A stretch of 64,000 bases of DNA, taken from assembly GCF_009914755.1 (NCBI RefSeq), contig NC_060938.1; one strand, 5' to 3'. This document shows positions 7,974 through 22,220 of this stretch, in pieces; within the stretch, counting starts at the first letter, position 1; the number at the start of each line of letters is the position of its first letter. A program made the translations under genes and the position numbers. The notes below the pieces were generated by a model, which saw only the letters and a program-made list of their open reading frames with translations, was not told where the DNA came from and did no database searches. Source of the stretch: the human T2T-CHM13v2.0 reference genome, Homo sapiens.

Positions 7974-10278
7974 GTCGCCAGTTGCGCACACCCGCAGCCC
8001 AAGCCGGACACACGTGCAAACCGCGTTTTTGTGCGCTCATCTCCCCCGAGCCCCGGCTGCGCAACAGCGGGAGGGGGTTGGGGGGGGCCACTGGGCAGCT
8101 TATTTTAAAATAAAAGAAAAATCGTCCTTATATCTCCTCCATCCTGGGAGCAGGACCCCCTGAGAAGGGGGGCGGGGTGCTGTGTGAGTGAACTAAATTG
8201 AATCAATGCAAGTCTCCACCCACCCAAAAGCTCTTTCGGACTTGGACTTTGGGGGTGGGGGCGTGGACTGTGGAAAAGGGTTGGGGTCGACATGGGAGTT
8301 GGGGGGACAGTAAGAATCGCTTCGTTTCCCTGGAAAAGTCGCTTGGTAGTTTTTACTTTTGTTTTATGGTCGCGGGCGGCGAGGGGAGGGGAGTAGATGT
8401 TGGAGTTCAACTTCCAAAAAGTGTCTCCATATAAATCCTGGTATTACAGACTCTGGGAGGGTGAGGATGACAAAATAAACGACACTAAGACAACAGAATC
8501 AAGAGCACGTGAGGGGGTGAGAAGTGTTTGAGACCTTGTTTGAGTCCCACTTGGAAAAGGATTTTCACTCAAATCTTTGTCCCCTCCCCTCACCTTACCC
8601 CGATTAACTCCTGGGGTCAAACACGACCCCACCTCCTAAACTGGGTCTATGGCAAGCGAGAGGGTAAAGGGACCGGGGCGCTCCACGTGGGAGAGGGACT
8701 TGGACTTGCCAGCCCAGGAGTAGGTGTGGCCAAATCTCCGCAGATACTCGGGTGGGTGACTCCAGGAGGCGCCCCTGACAATCACAGCAACCTGGAAGTC
8801 ACACCCCGCCCCCCGCGCTCCTCGGCCCAGGGTAGGACTTGGAAATGCCTGTCAGACTGGGAAGGACGCAGCTGCCTTGTCAGCCGTTTGATCTCCAACC
8901 GGCGAGGACAAGAGGAGTTGTGGGGCCTCTCCGTGGCCCGGGGACAAGGCCAGACCACGGCCCCCGTGGACACCCCCCATTCCCCAGGCTGTGGCCAACT
9001 TTGTCAATTTGATGACCTGGCCTCCAGGGCTGGGCGCGCCACGCGGCTGGCCTCCTCTCCCTTCTCAGGGTTTCTCTGGAGGCGGCCAGGGCGGGTCGGG
9101 GCCTGGCTCCGGCTAGGCTTCGCGGGCGAGTCCAGCTGCACCCACCCCACTCCGCCCCCAGGCCTGGCTCCGGCGGCTTCACCCGGGCGCATGGCGAGGC
9201 CGTGACGCCTCAGCGCCGCCTCCCTCGGGGCCTTTTCCTCGGGGGGCACACGGGGGTTTTTGTTTTCGTCCCGAAGGTCTTGGGTGGGGCGATGGCACCA
9301 ACAATTTAACAGCGCCCAGAGTCCGTGAGCGAGAACAGAAAGAGATCCCTTCCAGTCCCATACCCTAAAAAATAATAACAATAAAATGTGCCCTGGCTTG
9401 CAGTTCTGTAAACTGTGGGCTCCACGGTGGGCGGACGCGAGGCCGAGCGGATGGAGACCGGGGGCGGGGCGCGGACTTGCACCTCCTCGCCCTGGCCGGG
9501 CAGGCTGCACCCGGCTGCCCACCCCCAACACCCCACCTCCACGTGGTCCAAAGTCTAGTAGGGCCTCCCTCTTCTGCCATCCCTCTCACCGGGAAAATCT
9601 TTCCAGGAAAGTGGCTTAAAAAAAATATGCCCACACGCACCTTTAATAAACTTCTTTAAGACATTCATAAACTGGCCATCCCTACTCGCCCGGACTCTAA
9701 ATTTGAAAGATCAACTCGCGCTCTCTTTCTGAGAACTAGCGATGTGAAGCCCAGAGAGGGTGAGCACTTTGCCCTAGGACACACAGCGCGTCAGGGACAG
9801 GTCTGGACCCAAAACACCGCGGCGTGCCTGCAGCCCAGCGCCGCCGGCGGTCCGGGACTCGAAATCCCGACCCACGACCCTCACCTTCCTGGGGTTGATT
9901 ACAAGGAAGGCAGACCCCGCCAGTGGCAAGGCGGGACGGGGAGGACCCCTCAGGAAAAGGGAGCCCCTCCGCGAGCGGCGCAAGGGCTCTCGGAGTCCCA
10001 GCTGCAGCCGCCACCCCGCGTGCGGTAAGGGGCCGTGCCTGGGGAGGGGGCACCCCCTCCCCACTCCCAGCAGGAAGTAGCTGGCGTGGGCCGGCGCGTG
10101 CCCCACGGACCCGAGGAGCACTTCCTCATTGGCCCCGCGCTGCCCCGACGGCGGGAAGAGGGACGCGCGGGCGGGCGGACGCAGGGCCGGACACGCCGCC
10201 GCCCGCCGGCGCGCTCCACCTCGCGGCAGCCGGGGAGAGGCTGCTCTGCCCCTGCCCAGCCTTGAGCCGGCCCCTTCG

Positions 10279-10368
10279 CCCTCCTCCTCCCCCTTTTCCT
10301 CCGCATCTTCCTCCCCCTCCTCCTCCTTCTCCCCCTCCTTCCCCTCCTCCTCCTCCTCCTCTTCTCCC
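10279..10368. repeat. (CCT)n-rich polypyrimidine/polypurine tract
   Basis: About 90 bp that is almost purely C/T on the plus strand. Confidence 0.85.
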
Positions 10369-11041
10369 GAGAGGCGGCCGGGCGCAGGCAGGGAGCGATC
10401 CCAGCTGCCACTCCAGTCTCCTCTTTTTCCCTCTGCCCGTCTGGCACGGGCCTCATCAGCGCGCAAAGCTGTTAATGTCTGGTCTCACAGCTCCCCCTTT
10501 AGTCTTGCTGCGCTCCATGTCTCACGTTCCAAGCCGGATCAATAGCCGCCTCTCGGCCGACCTTGACCTCTCCCTCGACCCTGCCAGGCTTCCGCAGCTG
10601 GCCCCGTACTAATGTTTCCCCACTCTCTAGATGCCCAGACAGCAGGCGGGGCGGGAGGGGGGTGGTCGACCTCGGCCCACAGCCATGTACCCACCCCTGC
10701 CTCAGCACCCCAGGCAGGCGAGAGGGGGCTTCAGGACTCTCCTGAGAAGGTCACTGCACCGCCCCACCGCACCCCACCCCACCTCTTCTTCACCAAACCT
10801 TTGTTTAAAATACAAGTCACTCCTGCCCCCTCCCCACCCCCAAAAAAGAGGGTGCAGGTGGCTCACATATGAAAATGTAAAAGGAAAAAGTGTGGGTCCA
10901 AATGTGGTCCTGAACTAATATCTTAAAACCAGGTTCATTTCTCTAGCACCTGCTGCAGACCTACTGTGTGCTGGGCCCAAAGCTGGGGCTTTGTGCATGC
11001 TGGAATCACATGGAAATAAATGCCACCTTTTCTGCACTATC

Positions 11042-11044
<3 letters not shown>

Positions 11045-11077
<33 letters not shown>
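11045..11077. repeat. (CA)n microsatellite
   Basis: Read directly. Confidence 0.95.
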
Positions 11078-11080
<3 letters not shown>

Positions 11081-11678
11081 CAGATGTCAAAAAGCTTTTT
11101 GAACTCACAAATATTTCCCTGCTATTCTTTTTCTAGCTTCACAGTGCATTCCAGCAGATAATCCTCCATATTCTCAGTCACTTTAAATTTCTTTATAGAG
11201 GAATAGTTCAGAAATCAGAAATCATTTCATCAAATCAGAGTGCATTTTTATTAACCTTATGTGGGGCTTTAATTCCCTGTGTGTGCTGCGTGTAACACAC
11301 CATGCAGTGGGGGCAGATTAAACAGACACGTGACCCCCAAGCCAGGCTTTTTGTTTAAAATTCTTTGAACGATTCTCAATACTTAACTCAGCTGAGGTTG
11401 GACTCTATTCGAGATCCTACAATGTTATCTTTGCCTTCTGAGCTGTTATATTTTATCTCTTATGTCTTTACAAAAATTTGGAAAGAATCAAGATAAGACG
11501 TGTCAGTAGAAATGGGAAGTCCTAATGTTTCTGCAGAAAGAAAACTGACATTTCATTTGTTTTTGTTGTTTTCTTTTTAACACAGATCCACCCTCTGAAA
11601 CGCAGTCAACTTTGTAGCAATTCAACAGCACATCTTACCAAATTACTTTGGGCTTCATTTTTGGTGCTTTAAAACAAA

Positions 11679-11702
11679 GAAGAAGAAGAAGAAGAAGAAG
11701 AA
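11679..11702 (+). repeat. (GAA)8 microsatellite
   Basis: Read directly. Confidence 0.9.
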
Positions 11703-12778
11703 AACCATGCAAAGAGAGGGCAAATCGTTTCATATTCACAGGTATAGGGCAGACTCAGAAGCAACCCCTGTCTGTTCATTTCTATTCCTCCGGATCTATA
11801 AGTGTTATTGACTGAGAAGATGAACATGAATACGATGTTCCGATCTGATCAGTGGATGGACTTATTCTAACTTGTGAGGAAACCACAGTGGAGGCACCAA
11901 GCAAATCATATTTATGTACATATTAATAAGGCTCCCAAGGTGGTCCTTATCTCTTTCCTTACAGTTCTAGAATCTTTAGCAGCTATCAAATCCAGAGGCA
12001 TAAAAAGACAAAAGAGGCCTTTTGGGCTTCCTGCTGTATCTTCTAGAATTATTTTATGTCATTTCTGAAAATTACAGCAAATTTCTGGGAGCCATAAGCA
12101 CTCAATTAAAGCTTTGCTGGATTTAGAGGAGTTTTTCACGTTGTCACCTGATAGCAGAGTCAGGACCACAAAACTTGCCTTTCAACAGTTGTTTGGTTGA
12201 TTCTTTTGGTGTACTGAATTTAACAACATTGCTTTTGTTAAAACATGACATCATTGGCACCTTATTTTTTTCTGCAAGTAATACCTGGCCTTGATACAGT
12301 AGTACATTTCTGACCGTTGCTTAACTGTATAAGGCATAGGTAAGCTGTAGGAAAACTGAGGCATCATTGCCGGCTGCCTTTGTATCTGCAGCCTGCAAGG
12401 GGTTAAATCAAATTCACTGTTCCTGATTCATGTATTATTTTCCTTAAAAAATACTTACCCAGCTCCCCGTATATGAAAAGGACTCACACCCACATTGAAT
12501 GTTCCTAGCTCTGTCCCTGTCATCAGAAATGATATTGAATGGCTCAGTACTAGGGGATCTGGAACTATTTCTACAGCTTTCTCACCTCATTTGGAATTTT
12601 CTTGTCTTGCTAATTTTAATTCTTTAGTTGAGTCATCAATTCAAATTTGGTAGGGACTGGCATCACCCAGTTGGTCGACTTGGGAGAAATATCGTTCATG
12701 AAGATGATCAGACTGCACCAAATTCCACCCCCACCCCTCACATATACAGAGATCCGAGCGGCTGTGGTGTGAGTGCAC

Positions 12779-12780
12779 GT

Positions 12781-12819
<39 letters not shown>
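12779..12819. repeat. (GT)n microsatellite
   Basis: Read directly. Confidence 0.95.
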
Positions 12820-12823
<4 letters not shown>

Positions 12824-14065
12824 GCAAAAGGGTCTCTCTGCTGCTTTCTCTTTTGTCACTGAGTCTCCAAATTGTGTAACTGAAACTGCAAGGAAGACCG
12901 TTTTCCTGAAGATGCTGAGAGCTCTGTTTTGAAGACACACACATATCCGTGAGTTTGAATTCAGTGGTCTATTGACCATCCATCTGCCCTTTGTAGAGAA
13001 CAGACAAGGAAAATAAAGAGAGTTAAAGTGGTTCAAATGAGGGACTCAGAAAGGAATTTTCAGTTCCGACTCTGGCTGTCAGCTGCTGTCATTGAGACCG
13101 AGCAACAATGAGGTGTCTGGTGATAGGAAATGGGGAGGACTAGGGATGGAGGCAGTAATGATCACCTTCCTAACAAGGGTTTTATGAGGCTGTGAGGATT
13201 AATTAGTTTGTATCCTTAAGCAGTTTGAGAAAGATGAAGTTTCAGTAAATGCTAAGCTGGAGTTGTAGACATCTGACTCAGTAGAGAGGTCTCCCCCACC
13301 CCCAATCCCAGGCTTTGAAAACTCCTATCTGTGCTGTGATGCACTACAAAGGAAGTGAGGGGGAAGCAAGCACTCACTTATGGAAGAACAGAGAAGGAGA
13401 GAGAGACATGAGTCAGGCTAGCATCCCTCCAACAGGCTCGGCTAATGAGGATGCTGCAATGGGGGCGCTTACCAAAAAATAAAAATAAAAACCAGCCAAC
13501 ACCTTGTTTCAGATATGCCTTCCAGAGCTAGGAAAGAGAGCTCTGGGGGAGCTCATCTGTTGTTTTGTAGTTTTAGAAACAGCCACGGATGCTTTCGAGT
13601 GAATTCAACAAAGGTAGTTTGTATCCTGGAAAACACGTAAGTGGTTTCTCTCTATTTAATAGAGAAGGGTTAAGGTTGCAAGCTGACAAACGAGGCTCTA
13701 CACCACAAAGTTTTAACTGCAGGCACATTATTGAAAATGAAATCATATTTCTATAGTATGTGGAAGTTATGAAAGTTGTTCCATTATGTACATATTAAAA
13801 CATTGCCTCTGCTTGAAGATGCACTTTCAGCTTAATTTACAAGGCAGACAATTTGCTACAACAAAAGATAATTAATGCTGCCCAGGGAAAACCGAGACAC
13901 TGGATTGCTGTGCATTCTGGTATTAGTTTAATCTGGATCCTTTTATAAAAATGATTTCACTGTGATTTCAAGCCTTTGGAATCACTGAAACAAGAATAGC
14001 TTCTATAATATGGATGTGGCAATAACATTTCCCATTTGAACTTGTGACAAAGCCCCTCTGCCTGC

Positions 14066-14143
14066 CTCTCTCTCTCTCTCTCTTTCTCCCCCGCTTCTAC
14101 CCACCCCGCCGGCCCCATCACACACACACACACACACACACAC
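14066..14143. repeat. (CT)n and (CA)n microsatellites
   Basis: Read directly. Confidence 0.9.
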
Positions 14144-17100
14144 GTATCATGAAATTAACACTAGACAGGAGCAAAAAAGATCATCTCTGACCACTCTGAT
14201 GATCTGGATTCTAAATAAGGCAGATTTATGGTCAATTATTTTAAATCTGTATTTGGACCTCTGGATTCAAATGGGTAGATTCATCAGCTGTTGGGATTCA
14301 GCACAGGCATCTGCAGTTTCATTATTTGTATCTGCTTAACAGGAACAATTAGAGACTGAAGAGTGAGGACGCCTGTTTGGGGACCGGTTTGGTATTGTAC
14401 CCAGACCACACATTCCGGCTGGGAAGGAACACAGTAATGTATAAAGCATTAGTGGATTTAACGCTCTGCATTGTGCTTGGGGAATCGAATTGTTGATGTT
14501 TCTGGCAAGAACTCATACTCCAATTGAAATCTATCAAACACCTTAATTAGCTCCGGGTACCTAAATGCACCCAACCAAGAGGCAAGTTGGAAAGCAGCAG
14601 AAGGAAAGGGCAGGAGCTGGCACAGAGGTGTCATGGGCCTCCCTGGGTACCTTCAGCACCCTGTGGCCTCACTTTCCAGACCGGAATACATGGGCCATGG
14701 TGGAAAGTCAGACAACTTGCAGCTCTCACTGCAGCAGCCACAGGGATGTGATTGAAGGTGTTTGGATGGTTTGACCAGTGTTGGCTAAGGGGATGAGAAG
14801 AGGCCGCAGTGACACAAAGCTGTTGCCGATAATAACTGGAGCCTTTTTCTGAGCCAACCGTTCCACCTGGACCTCAGTACAAATTATTGTTTTCAATTAC
14901 CACCTGTGTATTCCTTCCCATGCAACTTATTGATGTAAAATTACAGCTACACCGGTATAAATAAGTTATGCTGCAGTTGTAAAATGGAAGAAATTTTGTT
15001 GTAGCAATTATGTTCAGCAAGATGACAAAATAAATTTCCAGAGCTGTGCCTGCAGTAACCTGGGGAATTTAAACCTCATAATTTCCATTCATTTCAGATA
15101 ATTTGGAGTAATTTCTATATGTAATAACTTTGTAATGAAAAACACAGCGGTACTGAAGTGATTTCGCTCCGTTTTTTTCTCCTATGGTATACATGGCACA
15201 AAATAAATGATAAAAATAATATTTCCTTTTTATATGTGTGTGTGTTGAGTAATTCCTTCAGTAAAAATCATAAACTAATACCCAGACTAAATCTCTGTCC
15301 ACAAAATGAAAAATAAATTGAGTTAAAGAAAGTGAAAAAGTATGAAGGGCTTTGGATGCTTTATTGTGACTTTATTGAATTGTTTTGTTCCCATGCTCCC
15401 TCTGATCCCTAAGGGTTACAGTTCCCAAGTAAGGGGCAAATGCAGGGGAGCCCCAGATGGCTCAGAGGAGGTAGCAGGGGGACCCCCAAAGGCCAGGAAA
15501 CCCTCGCCAGATGGTGATTTCTCCCCAGAAGCATAAGAGACTCGTTCTCCTCTTGAGATGAGCATCTTTAACGGTTGATTTCACTGCGACTGGAAAGGAC
15601 CTGGTAGGCTGGTCAGTGGTCCTGTCAGTTCTGACATATTTCCTCCTTTAATTAAAGACAAGGCAAGGTGGAGCACCAGTGCCCTGCCCGACCTATGACG
15701 GTGACACCTGCCACTGATGTATGCAGCCCCTGAATGCCACGATTTATTCATCGGAAGCTCCCACTGAGCTGTGAGAAGGTGACAGGAATTACAGCAGCTG
15801 CATTAGCTCCCAGATCCACGCGATTAGCCTCTGCCACTGCCACGGTGCACATCAAGGGTTTCCTCAAAGTGAAAAATCGAGGCGTCATTCCCTAAAACCT
15901 GCCTGCTAGTAGTCACAGCTAGTGACTGTCAGTAGCCTCCCCACCAGCCATGAGGGCTGCCTGCTGCCTTGAAGTAGAATGGCTCCCCTGCCCTGCAAAC
16001 CCTGGCCTGCTACATGCTGCCAGGGTGCCCATCTGGAAGCTCAGGCTTTGGCTGAGTCGGCTGGGGAAAGGGCATTCATTTCTCAGGCTCTGTGGTCTCC
16101 CTGTCAGATGGGCTTCACCGCTCTGTATAAGCGGTGATGAGTGGGTCTTAGCAAAGCGCCTGGCCCGGTCTCTCGCCATGCAGCAGTCGCATCATAAGCA
16201 TGGCTGTGATTTGTTCCTTCAACAACACACGCGGATGGGACGCCTGCTGTATGCCAAGCACACCATGGGGGACAGGGCCCAAAGATGGCAATATTGTGAG
16301 GTGGTGGTACTGAGGTTCCAAGTTCAGGCAAGCCTGAATCTGACACACCACCCCAGCTCCAAAGAACAGAGCAAGGGAAAACAAAAGTTGATGACATAGT
16401 TCAGCAATTATAGTAGTGAGAGTACAGCCCATCACATGGACTCATGGCCATGTGTCCCAAGTGCCATGGGAGCAAAGCAGCAGGGCTCAGGGGTCCTGAG
16501 CACAGATTGCAGAATTCTTCCAAGACCCTCAAGACCTACTCATTCAAAGAGACACTCTGTCTAATTACATTGTGAGGCATTTATCTTATCTAATCCTCAG
16601 AAGAGAAAGACTTTCATCCCCCTTAGACAGGAAACCCGAAGTCAGCCACCACGAGGTAGAGCCCAAATCACCCCAGGTCTGTCTCTGTGTATAACCACTA
16701 CGCCGTCCTATACCCAGGTTGGATTTCCAGCCATCCTGCAAGCCAATAACAGGCAGCTGAAAACATCACCAGATGTGGAACCAGAACAGCAAAGACAAAG
16801 TCAGTGCTGGATCGAGACATGGAGGAAGGAAGAGAATTACAGAGAAACAAAGTTTGCATTAAGGACACAGTATACTCAGTTAGTAGAAGAGATTTTGTTT
16901 GTTTGTTTGTTTGTTTGAGACAGCAAAATCCAACAAGACACACCACGGTTATGAAACCAGATAATTGAGGCAGAGAGAAATGGGGTGGAGAGAGTGGGGT
17001 AAGACAGACGTTTCTGCTGGTAAAATTTGAAACAGACAAACAACTCATGTTGGGACAGAGTTTTAGTGTACAAAGCCCTTTTGCTTCCCTGACTTGAGTT

Positions 17101-17490
17101 TGTCCTCCCAGCAGCCTGTGAGAAAAGCAGGACAGGGCACACACAGCTTGATATACGCCTCCGAGATCGCCAGGGTCAAGTCTCCGCTGCGCCCGCTGCT
17201 AGCTGCAAAAGCCTTCATGCGGTTTCTTTTCTCGACATCCCAGGTCCTCCTCTATCAACGCCTCTGTGAGCATCTCATCAGATGACCTCTCAGAAAGCCC
17301 CCAGCACAGGCCTGGCACAGAGGAGGCATTGAATAAATGATAGATATTATTATGGAGGCGTTTTACTCATGAAACAAGAGATTCACATTCAACTCAGTCT
17401 AAGGTACACACGTCAATATTTCAGGAATGAAATGGGAAATTTCCCCCAGATTTCACTGGTACATAATCGACTAATATTGATGAAGCATCT

Positions 17491-18187
<697 letters not shown>

Positions 18188-18419
18188 CACCTACTTTGTG
18201 CCAAGGACCAGGCTAACCTTTGCCAATACCCAGAGGAAAACATTATAGTTGTTATCTGCTAGTAGCAGGTCACTGGGCTCTGAGCTTCTCAAAGCAGACA
18301 GTCCAGATCCTACCTTGTCTCCTGTGCCTGTGACGGGCACATAGGAGGGTATCAGTGACTGAGCCAGCTGGACCTCACTACAAGACCTAATACACAGGCA
18401 AACTAGAAAATCCAAGGCC

Positions 18420-18745
18420 AGCCGGGCGCGGTGGCTCTCACCTGTAATCCCAGCACTTTGGGAGGCCAAAACGGGTGGGTCACCTGAGGTCAGAGGCCAG
18501 AAGTTCGCGACCAGCCTGGCCAACATGGTGAAACGCTGTCTCTACTAAAAATACAAAAATTAGCTGGGCGTGGCAGCAGGCACCTGTAATCCCAGCTACT
18601 CAGGAGGCTGAGGCGGAGAATCGCTTGAACCCAGGAAGCGGAGTTTGCAGCCAGCCGAGATCTGGCCACTGAACTCCAGCCTGGGGGACAAGAGCAAAAC
18701 TCCATCTCGGAAAAAAAAAAAAAAAGAAAGAAAGAAAAAGAAAAA
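18420..18745 (+). mobile_element. AluS, full length
   Basis: Alu consensus with A-rich tail. Confidence 0.95.
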
Positions 18746-19065
18746 CCATGGCCATGGGACAAAAACTGCAAAGAAAGCTCTCAGGGTTCAGAGATGAGCA
18801 TATGGGAGTTTGAGGGTGGGGAATCATTGTTCATTTTCTTCTCTCGGTCTCCACATTTTCTATAATCTGCATTTATGGTTTTTATTATCAGCCGCCAAAA
18901 ATTAAAAATTAAAGGTTGTAGCGGCTGAACCTTTTGACTAATTATTCAGGAGGAAAATAATAGACTACATATGAGAAAAAGACCGGAAGGAGATTCAGAA
19001 ATAACAGCAGCTATTGTGTGAGAATTATGAGATTAGGGGGGATTTTAAAAGAACTTTGTCTCCCA

Positions 19066-19708
<643 letters not shown>

Positions 19709-20230
19709 TCGTACATTGTAATAAATAGTTTTGTAAAACTATTCTTTGTGAAAGAATCAAGGAGATGGTTGCCATGCTATGGTGTGAGACCATCCTGGGT
19801 GCAGGGAGGTCTGTGGGACGTGGTTGGATGAGACCTTCTTTAAGAAGCTGCCATGCTTTTTCCTTCCTTTCCTTCTGTCTGCAGCCCTCCATTACCTGGG
19901 ACTGCACGCTAAGGCAAAGCTCTCTCACAGCTGCCAAACAGGCTGATTTTAAAGCCACCTCTGCTCGCCCTGCTGGGGCTGGCTAACCGGCTAACCAGCT
20001 ACACAGAACCTGCTGGAACCTGGCCTTCCGTGGGGTGGGCGCAGGAAGCAGCTTGGTTAGGCTCTCTGCTGGGTGCTTGCGAAGCATGGAGCACTTTCCG
20101 ACACTCACAGTGAGGAATGTCCTCTGGAAGCCTCCCCGCTCCCCACCTTCTGTCATGGGGAGATAATTCATTTATGCAGCGTTCACAGAAGACTGACATT
20201 TTCGACTTTTTTAGCAGAATAAATTTATAA

Positions 20231-20850
<620 letters not shown>

Positions 20851-20895
20851 TAGATGACATCGGCAGGCTGTGGTATCAGAAGGATCATTTCCACG

Positions 20896-21003
20896 GCCTT
20901 CTCTCCTGCTTGGCTGGGAGCTGCCTTCTCTCCTGCTTGTCTGGGAGCTGCCTTCTCTCCTGCTTGTCTGGGAGCCACCTTCTCTCCTGCTTGTCTGGGA
21001 GCT
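20896..21003. repeat. 27-bp minisatellite, 4 copies (gccttctctcctgcttgtctgggagct)
   Basis: Read directly; the ORF track shows a matching 9-aa periodicity. Confidence 0.95.
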
Positions 21004-21345
21004 CCTTGGGGGCAGGAACCGTGTCCTTTGCTTCTCCATCTCGTCAGAGCTCAGTTTGGGATCTGGCCTCAGTACAGTTGTTGAATGAAGGGGAGAATCA
21101 ATAGTCAACAAAAATGCACAATGACCCTAGGAAGAGAAAAACCCTGGGTTTCGGCAAAGTGGTAAACTAAGAGACTCCCTTTCTAACCCAACACAGCGCC
21201 ACGCAGTGTTTGAATACTTAGACACATTTTACATGCAAAGCCCTCCTTTCTGTGGCCTGTTCGCCCTCGTTTTCCAATGCCCTCCCTGCTCCCAAAGCAC
21301 CTCATGGTTCACTTGGTAACTACATTGTTACCAAGCATTGTGCTC

Positions 21346-21781
21346 TGTTGTGGGTCAAATCATGCCCCCTACCCCCCCATAATATGTTGGAGTCCTAAGC
21401 CCTGTACCTGTGAATGTGCCTTAGGGTCTTTGCAAATGTAATTAGTTAAGATGAGGTCATCCTGGGTTAGGGTGGACCTTCCATGCAATGACTGGTGTCC
21501 TCCTAAAAACACAGCCATGTGAACACAGAGACACACAGGGAGGACGTCTGGTGACAACGGAGGCAGACACTGGACCCAGACAGCTGCCAGAAACACCAAA
21601 GAATGCTGGCAACCACCAGAAGCTAGGAAGAGGCAAGGAAGGATCTTCCCCTGGAGGGGGAACGTGGCCCAGAGACACCGTGATTTCAGACTTCTAGCCT
21701 CCCTAGTTGTCAATCAGCACCTCTTGTTTTAAGCCACCCAGCTAGCAATACTTTGTTATGCCAACCCCCAGAAATGAATGT
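21346..21781 (+). mobile_element. MLT1-family MaLR LTR
   Basis: tgtgaatgtgccttagggtctttgcaaatgtaattagttaagatgaggtcat... caccagaagctaggaagaggcaaggaaggat. Confidence 0.8.
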
Positions 21782-21922
21782 GTGTGCCTGCCCTGTGCTG
21801 GATAATGAGCCGGGGCCAGGCCAGCAGAGCCAAGCTACCTGGACACAGACCCTGCCCTCGGGGGCTCAGGGGTCACAGGCCTTTTCTACGAAGTCGTAAA
21901 ACACTGTGGAAAGTATCCCCAA

Positions 21923-22220
21923 GGCCGGGGCGCAGTGCCTCACACCCGTAATCCCAGCACTGTAGGTGACTGAGGCAGGAGGACCTTATGAGGCCAGGAG
22001 TTCAAGGCCAGCCTAAGCAACATTGTGAGACCTCATCTCTACAAAAATTTGAAAAGAAAATTGGCCAAGCATAGTGGCACAGGCCTGTAGTCTCAGCGAT
22101 TTGGGAGGCTGAGGCAGGAGGATTACTTGAGTCCAGGAGTTCTAGGCTGCAGTGAGCTATAATTGTACTATTGCACTCCAGCCTGGGTGACAGACTCTGC
22201 CTTTAAAATTACATAAATAA
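21923..22220 (+). mobile_element. AluJ
   Basis: Diverged Alu with AluJ-type features. Confidence 0.85.

Larger units (their letters stand above)
5270..10700. promoter_or_regulatory. Large split CpG island over the BCL11B promoter, exon 1 and upstream region (CpG-dense blocks ~5270-6930, 7480-8100, 8780-10700)
   Basis: Very high GC and CpG density, many GC boxes, and a CCAAT box (ATTGG 10128-10132). Confidence 0.9.

Noticed and set aside
5236-10745. Many overlapping 100-230 aa ORFs rich in R/G/P/A
   Set aside because: Expected from stop-codon depletion in a CpG island; no domain similarity recognised.
20896-21003. Tandem repeats (also 603-688) as a CRISPR-like array
   Set aside because: Head-to-tail units with no unique spacers, in a human genomic context with no cas genes.
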